Made by a program: the position numbers and the translations under genes | The notes under the pieces: generated by a model | Told to the model about the DNA's origin: nothing | The model's input: the letters and a program-made list of their open reading frames with translations, nothing else | The model's database searches: none | From: Octopus bimaculoides | Lineage: Eukaryota | Direction: 5' to 3' | Length of the DNA: 52,758 bases | Assembly: GCF_001194135.2 (NCBI RefSeq) | Contig: NC_068986.1 | Location: 26,163,742 to 26,216,499 of the forward strand | Shown: positions 25,401 through 40,400 of the stretch, one piece after another | Position numbering within the stretch: the first letter of the stretch is position 1 | How the letters are laid out: each line of letters begins with the position of its first letter

Positions 25401-28400
25401 GTGTGTGTGTAGATATTCCACATAAGATATGATTATTCTACTATAATATAGAGTTCATACATCTAAAATAGTGCTTGCATTACATGTAATCACATTTTCT
25501 GGGCCACATTAAAAATAATATTAATTCAAAGTAATCCAGCTGGGACACACTATACTTAATACTTTTCAACAAGTTTTTGCAGTTTTCTCCTCTACCGAGC
25601 TGTGTTCTCTCTCTCTCTCTCTGTCCTCATCTCTCTCATGCCTACTACAACAGTGTGTGTCACATTTGTTTTTTAACAAGACAGCCATGTCATTGCAATA
25701 TCAGGTTGGATACAATGTGAGCAGCAAATGCAGAAGGTTTTTCCACTTGCATTTTCTCTTGTTACCTTTTCTGAGTTTTATTCTCTAGATCCCATATTAG
25801 GTGCTTCATCCAGTCTTCTTTCCTCAGAACTTTCTCCTTAGCTATGCTTTTCTCTCAACAGCTCACTCATCTTCAAATTCAAACAGCATCAACCTCACAC
25901 ACTTGTGAAACCTAAACTGTGTCTTCACATTTAGGGAATATATGAAAAATATAGGTCACTACCTCATTCGCTAAGACTAAATCATCATTTAAAAAAATGT
26001 TATAGATCCCCCCCACCCCAATGATTATGTTTCCCAACTACTATCAATATGAAATTCTAAAATACACATAACCATTTCTCTTCCATTCTAACAATTTTTT
26101 CTCTCAAATATTTTTGTTTCTAAAATATTCCTGACTTTTTGGACAACCTAGAACTATTTAAAAAAATTTTCTATGATAGATCATCCTTTAATTTCTCAAT
26201 ATTTCTTATACATTCATCAAACGTTGTTTTGCTTCAAAATTTGATGAATACATAATAGACAGCATTTGAAGAATTTACATATTGCAAACAATTTTATTTT
26301 TTGTAAATTTATATGAAAAGAATATTTAAGCAGGACATGTAGATAAATATTCTAGTCCTTTATTTGCTTTGCAACTAATTCAATTATTAATAGCAACTGT
26401 CTGAATAAAAGATTTTATCTATTGCTTCCATCTCATTATAACAGACTATCTTCTTTAAATCTTGTTTTGTATCAAGCATGTTAGTATTTGAAACCTTGAG
26501 ATAATACACTTTTTGTGCTGAATTTCTTGTATTGTCAATTTGGTTCTTTGATATATTTCCCTTTGGCCTACATCTTTCTACTGGATTTTGAAGGTAATGA
26601 CACTTTACATCTAAACCATATTTACTAACCATATCCTTTAAATGGTATTTTTAAATCTATTTCAATCAGCTGTAAATTTTTGTTTTTTCCAAATATAACT
26701 AAGTTCCCACAAATATCCAAGATAGAATTTTGCTAATCAGACTTGTGAATAAGAAATTGGATGTAAAGAAAAGACCCTTAAAAACACATACTTGAACTTG
26801 AAATATTTAGTGATTTTTTTAATATATTTAAATAGGTTAAACTCTAGGTACATTAGTAATGTTAACCACAGTAGAAATAATCTATCCGGAAATAAAATAC
26901 TTCAAGAATACATCAATATTATCCACTTCAATTTAAACAAATTTAACTATCTTGCTATTAGCAATTTCTAATTTAAGCTCATTTTATAAAATAAATTGTA
27001 CTATAGCTGCTGAAGTTGCTTCTAGTAGAGATCTATCTACCCGCTGTTGTTAATATAATCTAACTAAAGAATTCCACTAAAAATTAAAAGTCAAAAGGTT
27101 GAGATGATATTAAGATTAATAAAGTATTTAAAATATATAATTTTATCTAAACTTTTTAAGATAATGGTTACAGTAGAAAATAAACATCTTTACATCTAAT
27201 TACTTAATATTAATTAAAACATATACTAAAAGACATTGGCTAGTCAGTGCTGTTTTTGGTATAGAGTCTTAAGTATTTTGATGAAACCAATGAAACACCA
27301 ACAGAAAGAGAAATTTTAAAATAGCAATAACATAGAAAGCACAAAGAATAGCACCATTACGTTAAAGAAGCCACACCATGTAAGTATACACAACATCAAA
27401 TAGTTTGGTTATGTAAAACAAAACTTACCAGAAGCCAATCAGATTAGTAGCATTCAATGATCCAAAGTGAAGCAGCGTAAGAGGGAAATTAGAACATGAG
27501 AGATTCAACAATAAATTATGACAAGGACACAAAGTATGATGGTAATTTGATATTTATTTTGGATGGAATAGGTTAGCATTTTGTGTAAATCAAAAATTCA
27601 AGCATGGCAACCTCTTGTAAAATATTATGTAAAAAAAAAAAATTAACCATAACCAGAGTTTCTACTGAAAAGAAGAGATGATAAAAGTATGGCTAGAATT
27701 ATTGACACAAAGAATACTGTAAATGGCAACAATTAAGCATTATTAAGGTTTTAAATGTTATGTATGTTGGGAGGGATTATATAATTAGATTCATACCATG
27801 TTAATATTAGCATTCCTCGCTGGATGTGATAGACATTTAGAAACCTATTCCAATATCTGCATCAGATTCACTGGGGTTACTCATATCCATTTAGATACTT
27901 ACATAAGAAATAGCATGGATGTAACAATACACATATAATGGATTCTACAGACTCCATAAGTACATACTGAGTACTTTAATGTTTACACACATAAACCCCA
28001 AAACATACAGCATGCACACAGAGAAACATTATTCATAAAATATTACATAAACACTAGCAGCAATAATATATATAAAACAAATTACTTTGAATATGTCAAT
28101 GAGTGTATATAATTCTAAATATCATACATAAAAGTGTATAAACAACTGGGCGTTTAAGACCTGTTGGTAGTTACCAAAGCAGGGGTGAGCCTATTATCAA
28201 CCATAACCCATGCTAACTACTTACTATAAAATATAGGAAATAATAGTCATGTTTTATACCTTGAATATCAGACAAATTCATTTATGGGAGAGATGTAATA
28301 TTAAAATGTCAATTTATATGCAGATATATACAGTATGTTTACAGTAACACTCATTAACAAAGGGTTTCCATTAGTCGAGTTTAACCATGCATTTGCACAT

Positions 28401-31400
28401 GTATGTGCAGTTCTGAGGAAGACTTTTGTTCTTCATGTATACTAGTCTTCTCTCTTGATGTCACCAATGGAAAAGCTGTCAGCTTTGACCAACACAGCTT
28501 GGCATCAATATTACTATAGGCATAGCTGGCAGAATCATTAGCACACTGGGCAGAATGCTTAGCAGCATCTCATCTGTCTTTACATTCTAAGTTCAAACTC
28601 CGCCAAGGTCAACTTGGCCGTTCATCCTTTCAGGTTCAATAAAGTAAGTACCAGTTGAGCACTGGGGTCAAGGTAATCGACATCCCCAAACCTACTGGCC
28701 TTGAGCCAAAATTTGAAATCAATATTATCACAGGTGTTGCTGCCAGAATACACACCACAAGGCATTTTGTCTGCTCCTTAACTGCTTTGCCAATTCAATG
28801 TTCTGGATTGATATTTCTATATCAACCCTGAAAGGATGAAAGCCAGTTGGCCTTGACAGGATTTGAACTTGGAAATGCAGAAAGTCAAAACAAATACTGC
28901 AAGGCATTCTATCCAACACTCTAATCACTGCTTTAATATTGATTAACATTTTCAAATTCCACTGAGCTCTACTTTTATTTCCATCCTTTCAAGATCAATA
29001 AAGCAAGTACTAGTTAAACATCAGTCGATGTAATTGGTTTATCCCCGTCCGCGAAATTGCTGGCCTTGTGCCAAAATTTGAAATCAATATTAAAAGTAAC
29101 TCAACATATTTACCTCCCTTGAAACATTCTGCCAGTTTGTAAGTAATGGTAAATTAAGAGGCCTATCTTTCACAGCATATACAGGGTGGCCCAAAATTCA
29201 CTCTACCACTTAATACAGAAATATATATATTAAACAGTACCTTAAATTTTGGGCCACCCTGTACATACACACCACATTCGTTTCTGATCTACTCTGGAGT
29301 GATGTTGATAGAAGTTAAAAAGTAGTGTCATGTCGTTAGTCAACAACAGGACAAAAACTTAGTGTTAGAAGCTAATGAAATTGAAACACTGATAAATTTA
29401 AGTGCTCTTCAGTGAAGGTGTGTGGTGCAGTAATTTGAGTGTTGGGTTCACTATCGCTAGGTCAGGAGTTAGATTCTCAGACTGAACAACATCATATGCT
29501 CTTGACTAAAGCACTTCATTTCACATTACTGCTGTTCACTCAGTTGACCCTGTAATCGATTGGCATTTCATTTATGGGGTGGGGATCTTGTACTCTCAGT
29601 TGCTTAAACTCCAAGGAAAACAGGATAAGCTCCAGCCTTATAGGTGTGTAGCTACTAAAACTTTAGACAATGGGCTTCATTAAGTTACGTTACTTACTTA
29701 GGGGAAATGAGCTAGTCTTTTAAAAGTTAAATGTCTTATCCAGAGAACACAATATGAAAATACAAACTGCCAAGCACTAATTGGGTGATCAGTGGCCTTC
29801 AATTAAGCTGTTTATACCACTGTTGTAGTAAGGTCAGTACTAAGGTACTGGGTGAAAAAATTTATATGAAAATTACACCTGGAATGAAGAGAAATAATAG
29901 CTTAAAGATCAATTCTGGATCAGAATGGATTGTTTAGCTAACAACTTCTCCTCAGCGTGTGGTTTCTATGTAGAACACGTTTGAGCATTTTACCATGGAT
30001 CTTAAGTCCTTATGTCTATGCTACTACCATTGCTGCTTACAAAATTAAATTTCTTGAAAATGCTGACAAGTCAAGAAACATTAGAACAATTAATCCAGTG
30101 AAATAAATGTGGATCCTTTCTTATAAATCAAAGTTCATTTTAAAATTACATTCTCTTCCACATCATTCTTTCTACAAATTAGTTTTGAAAAAAAAAAAAA
30201 AACTGTTTATAAATCTAAAGTCAATTTACAATACCTTGGAAAGAATGGTATTGTCAAATATTTGAATTTATAGATAGTTTTATAATGTAAATAGGCAAAC
30301 TTCTGATGAAGTGATCAAGGAAATACTATGGGAACTAATGTCTTATTTCTTAACAAACCATTTCTCTTACTATTTCTTTAAATAAGAAAGACATAATTAA
30401 AAATTCAGTGTACAGTATATTAAAAACTAAGCAGTTGATTTTATTTTATATTTAACACTGTTTACAAAGACATAGTACCCTTCCAAAGAATTACCTATGT
30501 TTAGGTAAGATAACTTTATTATAGGTTATTCTCATGCAAGTATTTAAGCTTTTCACTGCATGTTAATGAAACACTAATCAATTAGGATGTGTATTCCTGC
30601 TGTTGACTGCAAAAAACTATTTACAGCTAAGTGAGTGTTCAGTACCTTTGCTTAGAAGACAGTGCAACACAAGTGTTAGTGCATGTAACACTACTTATTT
30701 AGTCAGTAGATTGCAGTTTATCAACACTACCAACTGCAACAATTTTTAATCAACATGCTAAAAATAATGATTAGTGGATTAATTTACAAGAAGAAATAAA
30801 AGAAACAATCAATAATATTCTCCCCAGAGTTAGAAAAAGATCACAAGAGAGTGAATGTATAATAAGTTGATTAATAAATGATTTAATATGTTGGTGGCTA
30901 GTGTCTACAGTAAGCAAACCAAGCAATCCAGTTAAAGCTGAAAATATTATTTCAATTCTTCTGGATCATACTGTATTTTGTTGTGCAAATAAAATTGCCA
31001 GAAAAAAACCCAAATTAAGTCTAAATTTTAACTTGAAAAAAGTTTTACGATATGATAATTACATTTATACAAAAAGTAGAAATACAGGAAAAGGCATACA
31101 GCAATTAAACGTGAATAAAACAACTTCTTCAGTTCAAAACCAGCAATTAAGAAATTAAACTGCGAAGACATCCATAGCAGTGCAAATCTTTTTCAGTCAG
31201 AAGTATTAAATATAGAACATGATCAGAAAAAGATCTAATTTGGTAACACTTACAAAATAATCTTTTTAAGTTCTTAAGAGCAACCAATGTAATTAACAAT
31301 AAATAATAATAATATAAAGCATATAAAACAAAGATACGAGCTGAATATAGTGTCTAAGTCTGGAATGTATGATCAATAATTTTCAAGTAAAGAAGAATAA

Positions 31401-34400
31401 CTTAAGATTGCACCATTTCAAAAAATATTTTGATACTTAGAAACAAAGTTTCTTTTTGAATAATTACTCACCCTCCTTAGCACGTGATCGCCTTTTCTCA
31501 GCCTGAAAAGACAACAAAATTGCATAAGTTACAAAACTATTTTCTAATAAATAAAAGAACCAAGATATATAAAACTTTCATTAACATAATACATATTTCT
31601 TTTGGATAATATATATTTCTCACAATAACTTAAAGCTACAAAGCCGACGGGAAGGTGCTTAGTGAACTGAACTGACACTAATATATGGTTAGTACTTATT
31701 TTCTTGAATTAAAAAGTATTAAAGGCACTAATTAGTGAGATCTGAATTCAGAATAAAACTGAACACTATAAAGCATTAAATCTACTGAAAAGAAACACAA
31801 TTAAGATCAATGAATGTGAATGATGGAGAGAGCTAGAGTTGTTATCAAAATGTAACAAGTACAATCCATTAAGAATAATACATTTCACTTGAAACTAGAA
31901 TGAAAATACATAATAAAAGTTTAAAAAAAAAACTCTAGAAACCACTGTCATAAATGGGGAGTAAAAAAACAAACTGAATATAGTTTTGTAAATGCGTATG
32001 GATCTAATTTTCAGCAATAACTTCAGTTTTACAAATAAGCAAACAATGTTTGTTGAAATAATCTAAATGTAATTAGTGATGTAATGTAGTTACAGTGAAG
32101 ATTTATACAACAGATTGTAGACATCTAATATACACATAAGCAACAAATAAACTACATGTATACAAACACATATACGCACTTTCAAAAACACCATTATCAC
32201 CATATTTATAGTCACTGACCATATGATCCCCATTTTAATTAATTTTACAATGGTTTTAATATGTTGGCATGTATTAAATGATATATATATCATAGGTCAA
32301 TTCATATGTAAGTACATATCTAAAGACTTCTTTCAGTTGCTTATGTCAGAAAATAAAAGCACCTTAACACAAATGATAATTCTTTAAACAGAACTATAAT
32401 TTATAATCCTTACAATTCAATTTTACTCATATTTGCTTGGAAAAAAGTCAATGATAAAATTACAAACTACATCAGTGAAGCTTTATGATAAAGTTCTTTG
32501 AAATTGAAAACAGATTTTATTGGCAACAAAATATTTTTTAAGTTGATTGTATTTAACTTATCAATAGTGTCTACTTCATCATCATTATTCTCCATAGTAC
32601 TATTATTTTCACTATCCTAATATTTGGTTTCATGTCACTCTCCAAATCTGACAAGCTAGCAATATAACACTGTTCTTTTTAGACTGAATTCTTTACAACC
32701 AAAAATCTGAGTATATTCAGTTTTGGTAAGTAATGATTTCCTGGATAACTGCTAATTATTTTGCTAATCATTCAACTAATTTCCACAAAGTTTATTTGTT
32801 AAAATTACCCACTGGGATTGTTCTTAACAATACATACATAAGATTTTTAAAAAAAATAAAACAATGCTGGTTATAATGAAATTGCCACTTATAAAGTTTC
32901 CAAACAAAAGGAGTACAATAATCTTTCATTTATATGTCCAGAGCTTCTTACTATTGTTTCAACGTATTTATTCAAAGTAAATTACTACAGTGCATGATTC
33001 TGAGGATATAAAAGGACAGTGAAATTCTTGTGGAAAATAAATAAGTTACAGAAAATTCCACTCAAATTCTTTAAATCATAACTAAGAGAACAAAGAAAAA
33101 AAAAGTGAAACTATCTGATACACAATAATAGACACTTTATTTCTGGTATATAGAAACCAAATCTTTATATAAGTGTGAAAATATCAATAAAAAATACACT
33201 AACACAACATGAAAATTAAAAAAAAAAACTACAATACACTAATTTAATTTATATATTTCAAGTGACAATAAAACACTCCTAGTCCATGCTGTGGAGTTGT
33301 TGGTGATAGAGAGAGTATCCATCTGCAAAAACCATGCCAAACTGAAGGAGCAAGGGAAGGAAGAGTAGAACCGACTCTTTAGTCCCACTGCTAACAATCA
33401 AGACTGTTTAGTCACACTAGACAATTGCTCTAGTGTTTGCAGCATGAAAAAATACATTCAGTTCACGCTGTTAAGTGGTTGATGATAAGAAGGACATCAA
33501 GCCATAAAAATCATGCCAAAAATACCATGACATACAGCATAACAAATATTGCCAGCTTTTCTCTGTTGCTGTGCATGCCAAATGACAAAGGACCATAACA
33601 AGAGACAAGACGCTGAGACCAATAGAATCCATGCCAGCATGGAAAAATGGATGGATAGTGAATGATGGTGATAATGATGATGACAATGATGATGGTGATG
33701 ATATGCAAAACTGCTTTGCTTTAAAATGATACTAATGGGGTTACTACATATTTGTCTTTTCTAAACAATTATGTATGAAGTGCAATATTACATAGTAGTG
33801 AAACATGGACACTCAATGCAGAATATGTGCAAAAGAAATGAAGCAAGCATGCTCTGTTGGATGTATAATGTTAATGTGCATGACAAATGGAGTACAAATG
33901 AGCTGAGAAAAAACACAAGAAACCAGATGAAAGGGAAAGGATATGTGATGCATACGGAGAATACCAGAAGAGATGTAGAGATGTAGTAGTGGCATTTGGT
34001 AGTGGGAAAGAGACATTAATGGTAGCTACATATTTGCAAGATAAGAGAGAATGAATAATGAAATGATCATTATTAAGAGAATGTGATGTATGTCAATGAT
34101 AGGGGACCTATAAAGAGTGAGTGGTAGCTTGCAATATACAAGGGGTGATGTTAACAGGTAAGAAACAGTACAAGAGATGGATATTTGATAATAATTTAGA
34201 TGACTCTCTCTCTTAATCTTTAAAGCCTTTGTAAAGGGGTTATTAACAAAAAAACATCAGAACTAATTCAATATTTATAAAGTAAGATTTCAATATCTTT
34301 GTTATTGCTATTTTTGATATATGTATGCATTATAAGTATGCATACATTGTACATACGTATTTATTAATGGTTCTGAAACAGTACACAACAGGAGGTATCT

Positions 34401-37400
34401 TAGATGAACTGTAGGCATTTAAATATATAATTTCAGGCTTTAGAATATTGGTAGTAATGCTTGAACATCTTGACAAAAACATGTATTTATAATTTTGTTA
34501 GACTGAAGTACAATAAATAAGATGAGGTAAGCAATAATTTCATACATATTTTTCTAAATTTTTATCTTTAAAGCTACTTTGTTTAAACTTTCCATAAATT
34601 TTAATTTTCTATGCAAACTGCACCGATAATATTTGGGGTTTGATTTTCAGTATACCACTAAGATAAAAAAACAAAACAATTGAGAACCATTCACTGATCC
34701 GTGTATTTATTACACCTGTGTGATGTAAGAGGTGAATAAAATGTTGATGACAGGAAGGGCATCTAGTCAACTGCTTCTATAATGGAACCATGATGAGTAT
34801 AATACAAAATGGAGAAGATTGTCACGGAGTCCACAAGTCTAACCTCTTAGCAAAGAGAAAATATTCACCACTGTTGGATATTTTATATATAATGATTTTA
34901 TAGACACACACACGCATATATATATATATGATATAATATACATACATACACTTACATACATGCACTCAAATATATGTATGTAACACAAATTCTAAAAGGT
35001 GCCTAAAAGTATTTTGAGTGAAGCCAGTCTATGTAAGAAAAGAAAATAAATAACCATAGAGAAAACTACAATTTGAGTGACAACAAAGTGTAAGGAATAA
35101 ACATGGCTATAAAGTACACAAAATCTCACCATATTCTTCTTCACAGGCTAAGAGACAAAAAAAAAAAATAATGTCTTAAAATGTCTTGTGAAAATTTAAG
35201 TTGAGGCATAATGTGTAATCTATGTCATACAAAATACTTCAAGAAAATGAGATGGAAAGTAAAATATTAAAAAATATAGATAATAATTTAAAATTCAATA
35301 AGTATAATATTAATTATCTTAAAAAAATTTACGATAGATATGTATGTGAATATATATTGGGAGAAGGGAGTGGGGAGGGAAAATTTCCAGAAACTAGAGA
35401 TACTGAACTTTGATTTAATTTCAATCGAAAAACAGATGAATGTGTTTAATCAAATGAATGAGTGAATTATAATAAAATATATTTTGGTATGACATATGCT
35501 ATATTTTAAAAAAGAAATAATAACTCACTTGTGCACCAAGATTTATTGGAGGTTTACTCAACTCTGGAATGTCAACATGCTGGTCAGTTTGATATTGTTT
35601 TTGGAGTAATTTGTCAGTTTCTTCATCTGTATCAAAATCTAAGGAAAAATATGAAAAGTTAATGTCCAATAACAGTGAAAACCAGAACTAAAAGCTAGTA
35701 AGTGCACAGAACTAAGTTGATATAAAAGACATTGTTGATAATGCTGAAGTAGTTAGAAAAGCAATATCATATTATAATTTGAATCTTGACAATAGTAAGG
35801 AGTCCCAATAGTAATCTTTAAAAAAAAAATCACATATAATTAATTGAACATCAAAAAACAAAAAAATCACAAGCACAGGTGTAATGAAAAAAATCTCCTG
35901 TCAAGGAAGATTTCAACAAATTACAAACATACATTACACACACACACAAACGAACCAGCATTCATTTGATTCAATACAAAGTGATTTTGTCAATATTTTA
36001 CACTTATTTTTATCACTGACAATTTCAATTCAAGCTGAAATCATCCTGTCAATGATAGATTTGCTTCAGCTAAACAATTGTTCCAGTACAGAGCAGCAAA
36101 AAACTTCATTTTTATCATGAAATTGACAAAAAAAAAAAAACTTTTGCAAATAATGTAACCCTGAATGGTTGTGCAGTATCAAATCAAAAACCAGATTCAC
36201 ATTGAACCACCATTCTTTAGAGCAAGATACCAAGTACAGAGCCAATAAATTAATCAACAGACATTTGAGTTCTACACAGCTGCTTGACCTCAAGGTAGTA
36301 GTCAAATCTCTGCCAATAAACTCTCAAACATCAACTAAATAAATTAAATCCTCAATCTTAAAGACAAAGAAAAAGATGGTTAAGAAAATGAGTGACAAAG
36401 TTTCACCCAATATAACATATTATATTTGCAAAACCAAAGCACTGAATATGAGCCTTGTTTCTAACGATTTGATGAGCCACCACCACATGGATCAGCTCAA
36501 GAAGATCTAAGCATACTCAACAATAGGTAGTATAAATGAAGGCAGCATCAGGCTTTACTTGGAATAATCATTACTTAGAGCTACTGAAAAAAATAAGTTA
36601 TATTTTGTTTTAATAACAAGAAACTCAGTCTCACTATAAACAAGATCACAGCTGAATATCAAAAATGTGATTTTGTGTAACTATAAAACCAAGAAACTTT
36701 AAAACATAGAGCTATAAATATACATGCAGAATGTGAAATGAAAATCTAAGAGATATACCACCATATAACTGAGAAATTAATGTTAATTAAAAATATCAAC
36801 TGTTGATTGCAAAAAAGAAAACTGAAGTTATATGTATCTGTAATAAAAAAAAAGACTGTTTAAAGATAGCTAAATTTAAACCATTATAAATAGAAATTAA
36901 ATCCACATTAAACTTAGCATGTTTTCATTAATGTTGAGATAATACTCTTTTACTGATAATACAGCCAGTTATCTGTGGCCTTGCTTAAATAGAATTGAGT
37001 TTTCAATAACTAACAATGCTTATTTAACATATGCCAAGTATGTAAGCCAGTAATAATTCCTTAACAAAAAGAAATTAAAACACTGAGTTCTGAAAACAAA
37101 ATAGTCCTCCAACAACGAAGAATACCTATAATAAACATAAAAACATTATTGTATAACTGTAGAATATATAATTTATATTGTCTTAATGATAGATAATAAT
37201 AACAAGAAGAAGATTCAAGACAGAGATGTTAAAGAAAACAGATTATAAAATGTTTGTTTGTAACTCCGGGGAAGTAAAAGAAATAATCAAATTTGAAAAA
37301 TGTCAGGTAAGAAATATAACAGTAATAAAAATGCCTAATGTTGACATTAGTAATAAAATAGTTTACACAATTCACAAAACTAATGTCATCTCAGTAGCTC

Positions 37401-40400
37401 AACTTAAATATTCTGAACATATATCTGAAGAATACACACACATAGGGGGGGGGGGGGAAGAAGGAAATTAATATGCATGAGTGTGTGCACATCTCAAAAC
37501 AGGAAATAAGTTGTTATTAATTTAATTTTCCTTAGTTGATTCATTTATTCAGGACAAGATTTCACAAAATCCAATGTTTTCAAAACTGATCAATAACAAT
37601 ATATTTTGACTGCACACAGGGTCAGATATTTTTAGGAGCACATATAACCAACTGACTTGAAATATGTACCAGTAAATAGTTGTACAAACTAAGAAAGACA
37701 AAGATAAATTCAGCTTTCAATGAATTTAAACTCAGAAAATTAACACACAAAGTCTAACCTTTAACATATTTAGGTGCATCATGTCACCGTATGAATTTTC
37801 TCCCATGTAGCTGCAGGCGCATTGTGTCACATTGAAAGGGGAGAAAACTCATACAACAACAAAATGCACCAACAGCATGCTAAAAGTTAATACAATATAA
37901 TGGACCACGTCTAGCTCTCTACTACCCTTGGAAAGGAATCAATGAGAACACTGATATGACCATGATCTTTTCAAGAAGTGAAAAAATATTAATATTCTAA
38001 TACTGATTTAAAATTATTTTGATGTGTTCCTGTGACCAGCAAAATGCCATTTACATTATGCAAAGATCAAAACCTTTTAGAGATCATATTTTTATAATGA
38101 CAAATTTGGAGGGAGTCAGTAAAGTAGTTAGTTTTTTCATTAATTGTTATATTAAACCAATTAGAAATATAACTAACAGGAGGTTCTTACTTAAAATTAT
38201 TATCCAAGGTATTAATTTAACTAAGAACATTTTAAAACGAAATTTTGTATCTTGAACCAGAAGTAGTCTTAAATGGAGTGATATCAAAGGGTTTTAAAAG
38301 ATCTCTAAGTACATAAAGGTAACCTAAGAAAAGGCTCAATTGAGAATTTATTCAAATAAAAAAATTACAACTGTCTTTGAAAAGAAAGCCATCACTGAAA
38401 AGCAAAAGTGTACAATATAAGATAAAGAGAATTTGTTAATGCACTCAGAATACAGACATCTATAAAAGTGGGCTATAGAATCCATGATATAAGAGCAGAC
38501 TCCAGAATTTATAATAACCTAAAATAAATGATCAAATCAATATTGTACAAACCACATTAAATAATGCTCTCTTTAGATAGTTGAAAAGTAATTTCCTATC
38601 AAATTATATTGTTTAATACCAATAATGTGGAACACAAAGATATTTAACAGAAAATTTCTAAAGTAGTCAAGCTCTCTATAAACTTGTTAAATTAGTGTAT
38701 TTCAACAAAGATGCCACCTACAGGGCAACCAACAGTATCTAAGGCTGCTTTTATGAAGTATAAAATGCTTTGAACTAGCAACAACCTTGACTTGAACATC
38801 TCTTTATCACCATGGTATCATTTGCACACTACGATGAGAAAATGAAAATATGGGATACACAGTAGTTCATTTGGATCCTATCCTTTAAGATACATAATTC
38901 AGATATGTTAAAAAAAATTTGAAAAGCACTATGCTATAATCATGCATGATATAAAATGTATAAATTTTATTTTAGAACATGTAAGACTTATAAACTGTCA
39001 ACAAGAATCTGTGCACTAACAAGAGCAGCTTCTTTGGTACTGTAAATTAAATATAAAAGATAATAAAACTACTATTGTTGTTGTTTCTTCCTTTTTTTCT
39101 TCATGGTGGCCTTTTTTCTTTTTTTTTTAATAATTTATAAGATATTTTAAATAATTTACAAATAACATTTTTTTTTTTTTTTACAATTATTCAATAACTT
39201 AACTTTCATAGATATATAGGCTAAATTTAGTTTGAAATATCAGTATAGCTAAACACTTTCCTTTTTTCAAATGTGTGTAGTTTTAGCAAAAGTGTGACAA
39301 TTTCACAGTCATCTATTCAATCTATTCTTAAATAGAAATTTAAGAAGTAGACCAAAAAGACCACATTTTAAGATAATATAGATGTTCATTAGAGACAAAA
39401 TTTCATAGTAATAAAACAGACGAAATCCTAACAATTACCACTTAATATTTTAACTTTACATTAATGTCTCAACCGTTAAAATATGCTAACTTTATTTCCT
39501 TCCATAATTCAATTTCTTTTGAAATATTATCAATTTTCAAGTACAAGCTGATGATATACATATATATATATATTTCATTAATTTCTAATGTTTTAATGTT
39601 CATTACACAATACTAATTAAACTTATCTTAATGTTATTAATTGCATCTTGTAGTGTTAACAGTTTGGTTTCATTGAATATATATGTCTTCTAGAATGGTT
39701 GTATTGACCAACTTTTGATGTAGAAAAATGCTTAACAATGAGGAACATAGTTGACTTTAAGAGTCCTCATTGTTGGCCTGCTTCTTTCCTACAACATCTG
39801 AAGACTTCCTCTTTGCAGTTACATTTAAGGAAAGTCAGTTCAACATGGTATTTTCCTCCTCCAATGTGCAGACAATGAGATGCATCAACAGACCACAAAA
39901 AAAATGTCTAAGGTTTTGAAAGTTTACTTAAGTGGTCCTTATATCACTGCCTCTTACAAGATACTTTACTTACAGTTTGTAAGGCAGATCCCAGCAGTAA
40001 TCACACCTAAAACAACTCAAAGAAGCTTTTCAATAAATTTTCCTTAATAGTGATAAAGTAAAATTAAGCAAATTTGATAAAATACAGCAAATATTTTTTC
40101 AACTTAAAATGTGTTGTGTGTATATCAAAAATGGGAAGGAGTGAAAAAGGGAAGTAAAATAGGGGGGGGGTCTTATTTTTTTAAATCAACATTTCATAAA
40201 AGAATTATTATAAGAAAATCTTTAGAAAACCCTTTATTTAAAGTTTCTTTTTGATAGAATTTTTTCTGTAGAAGGAAATAATGGGGAAAAGTGCAGTTTA
40301 AACTTCAAAGGTGCAATGAATGAATAGGTTTGTTAATTTATATCCATGCTTATAGGATGTGAATAAGTATAAACAAAAAATTACATCAGTTACATATCAT

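Noticed and set aside
27425-27500. Strong minus-strand donor CTG|GTAAGT
   Set aside because: No acceptor AG was found nearby upstream.
39734-39774. 11-bp inverted repeat aacaatgagga/tcctcattgtt
   Set aside because: Too short and isolated; not a pre-miRNA-length stem.
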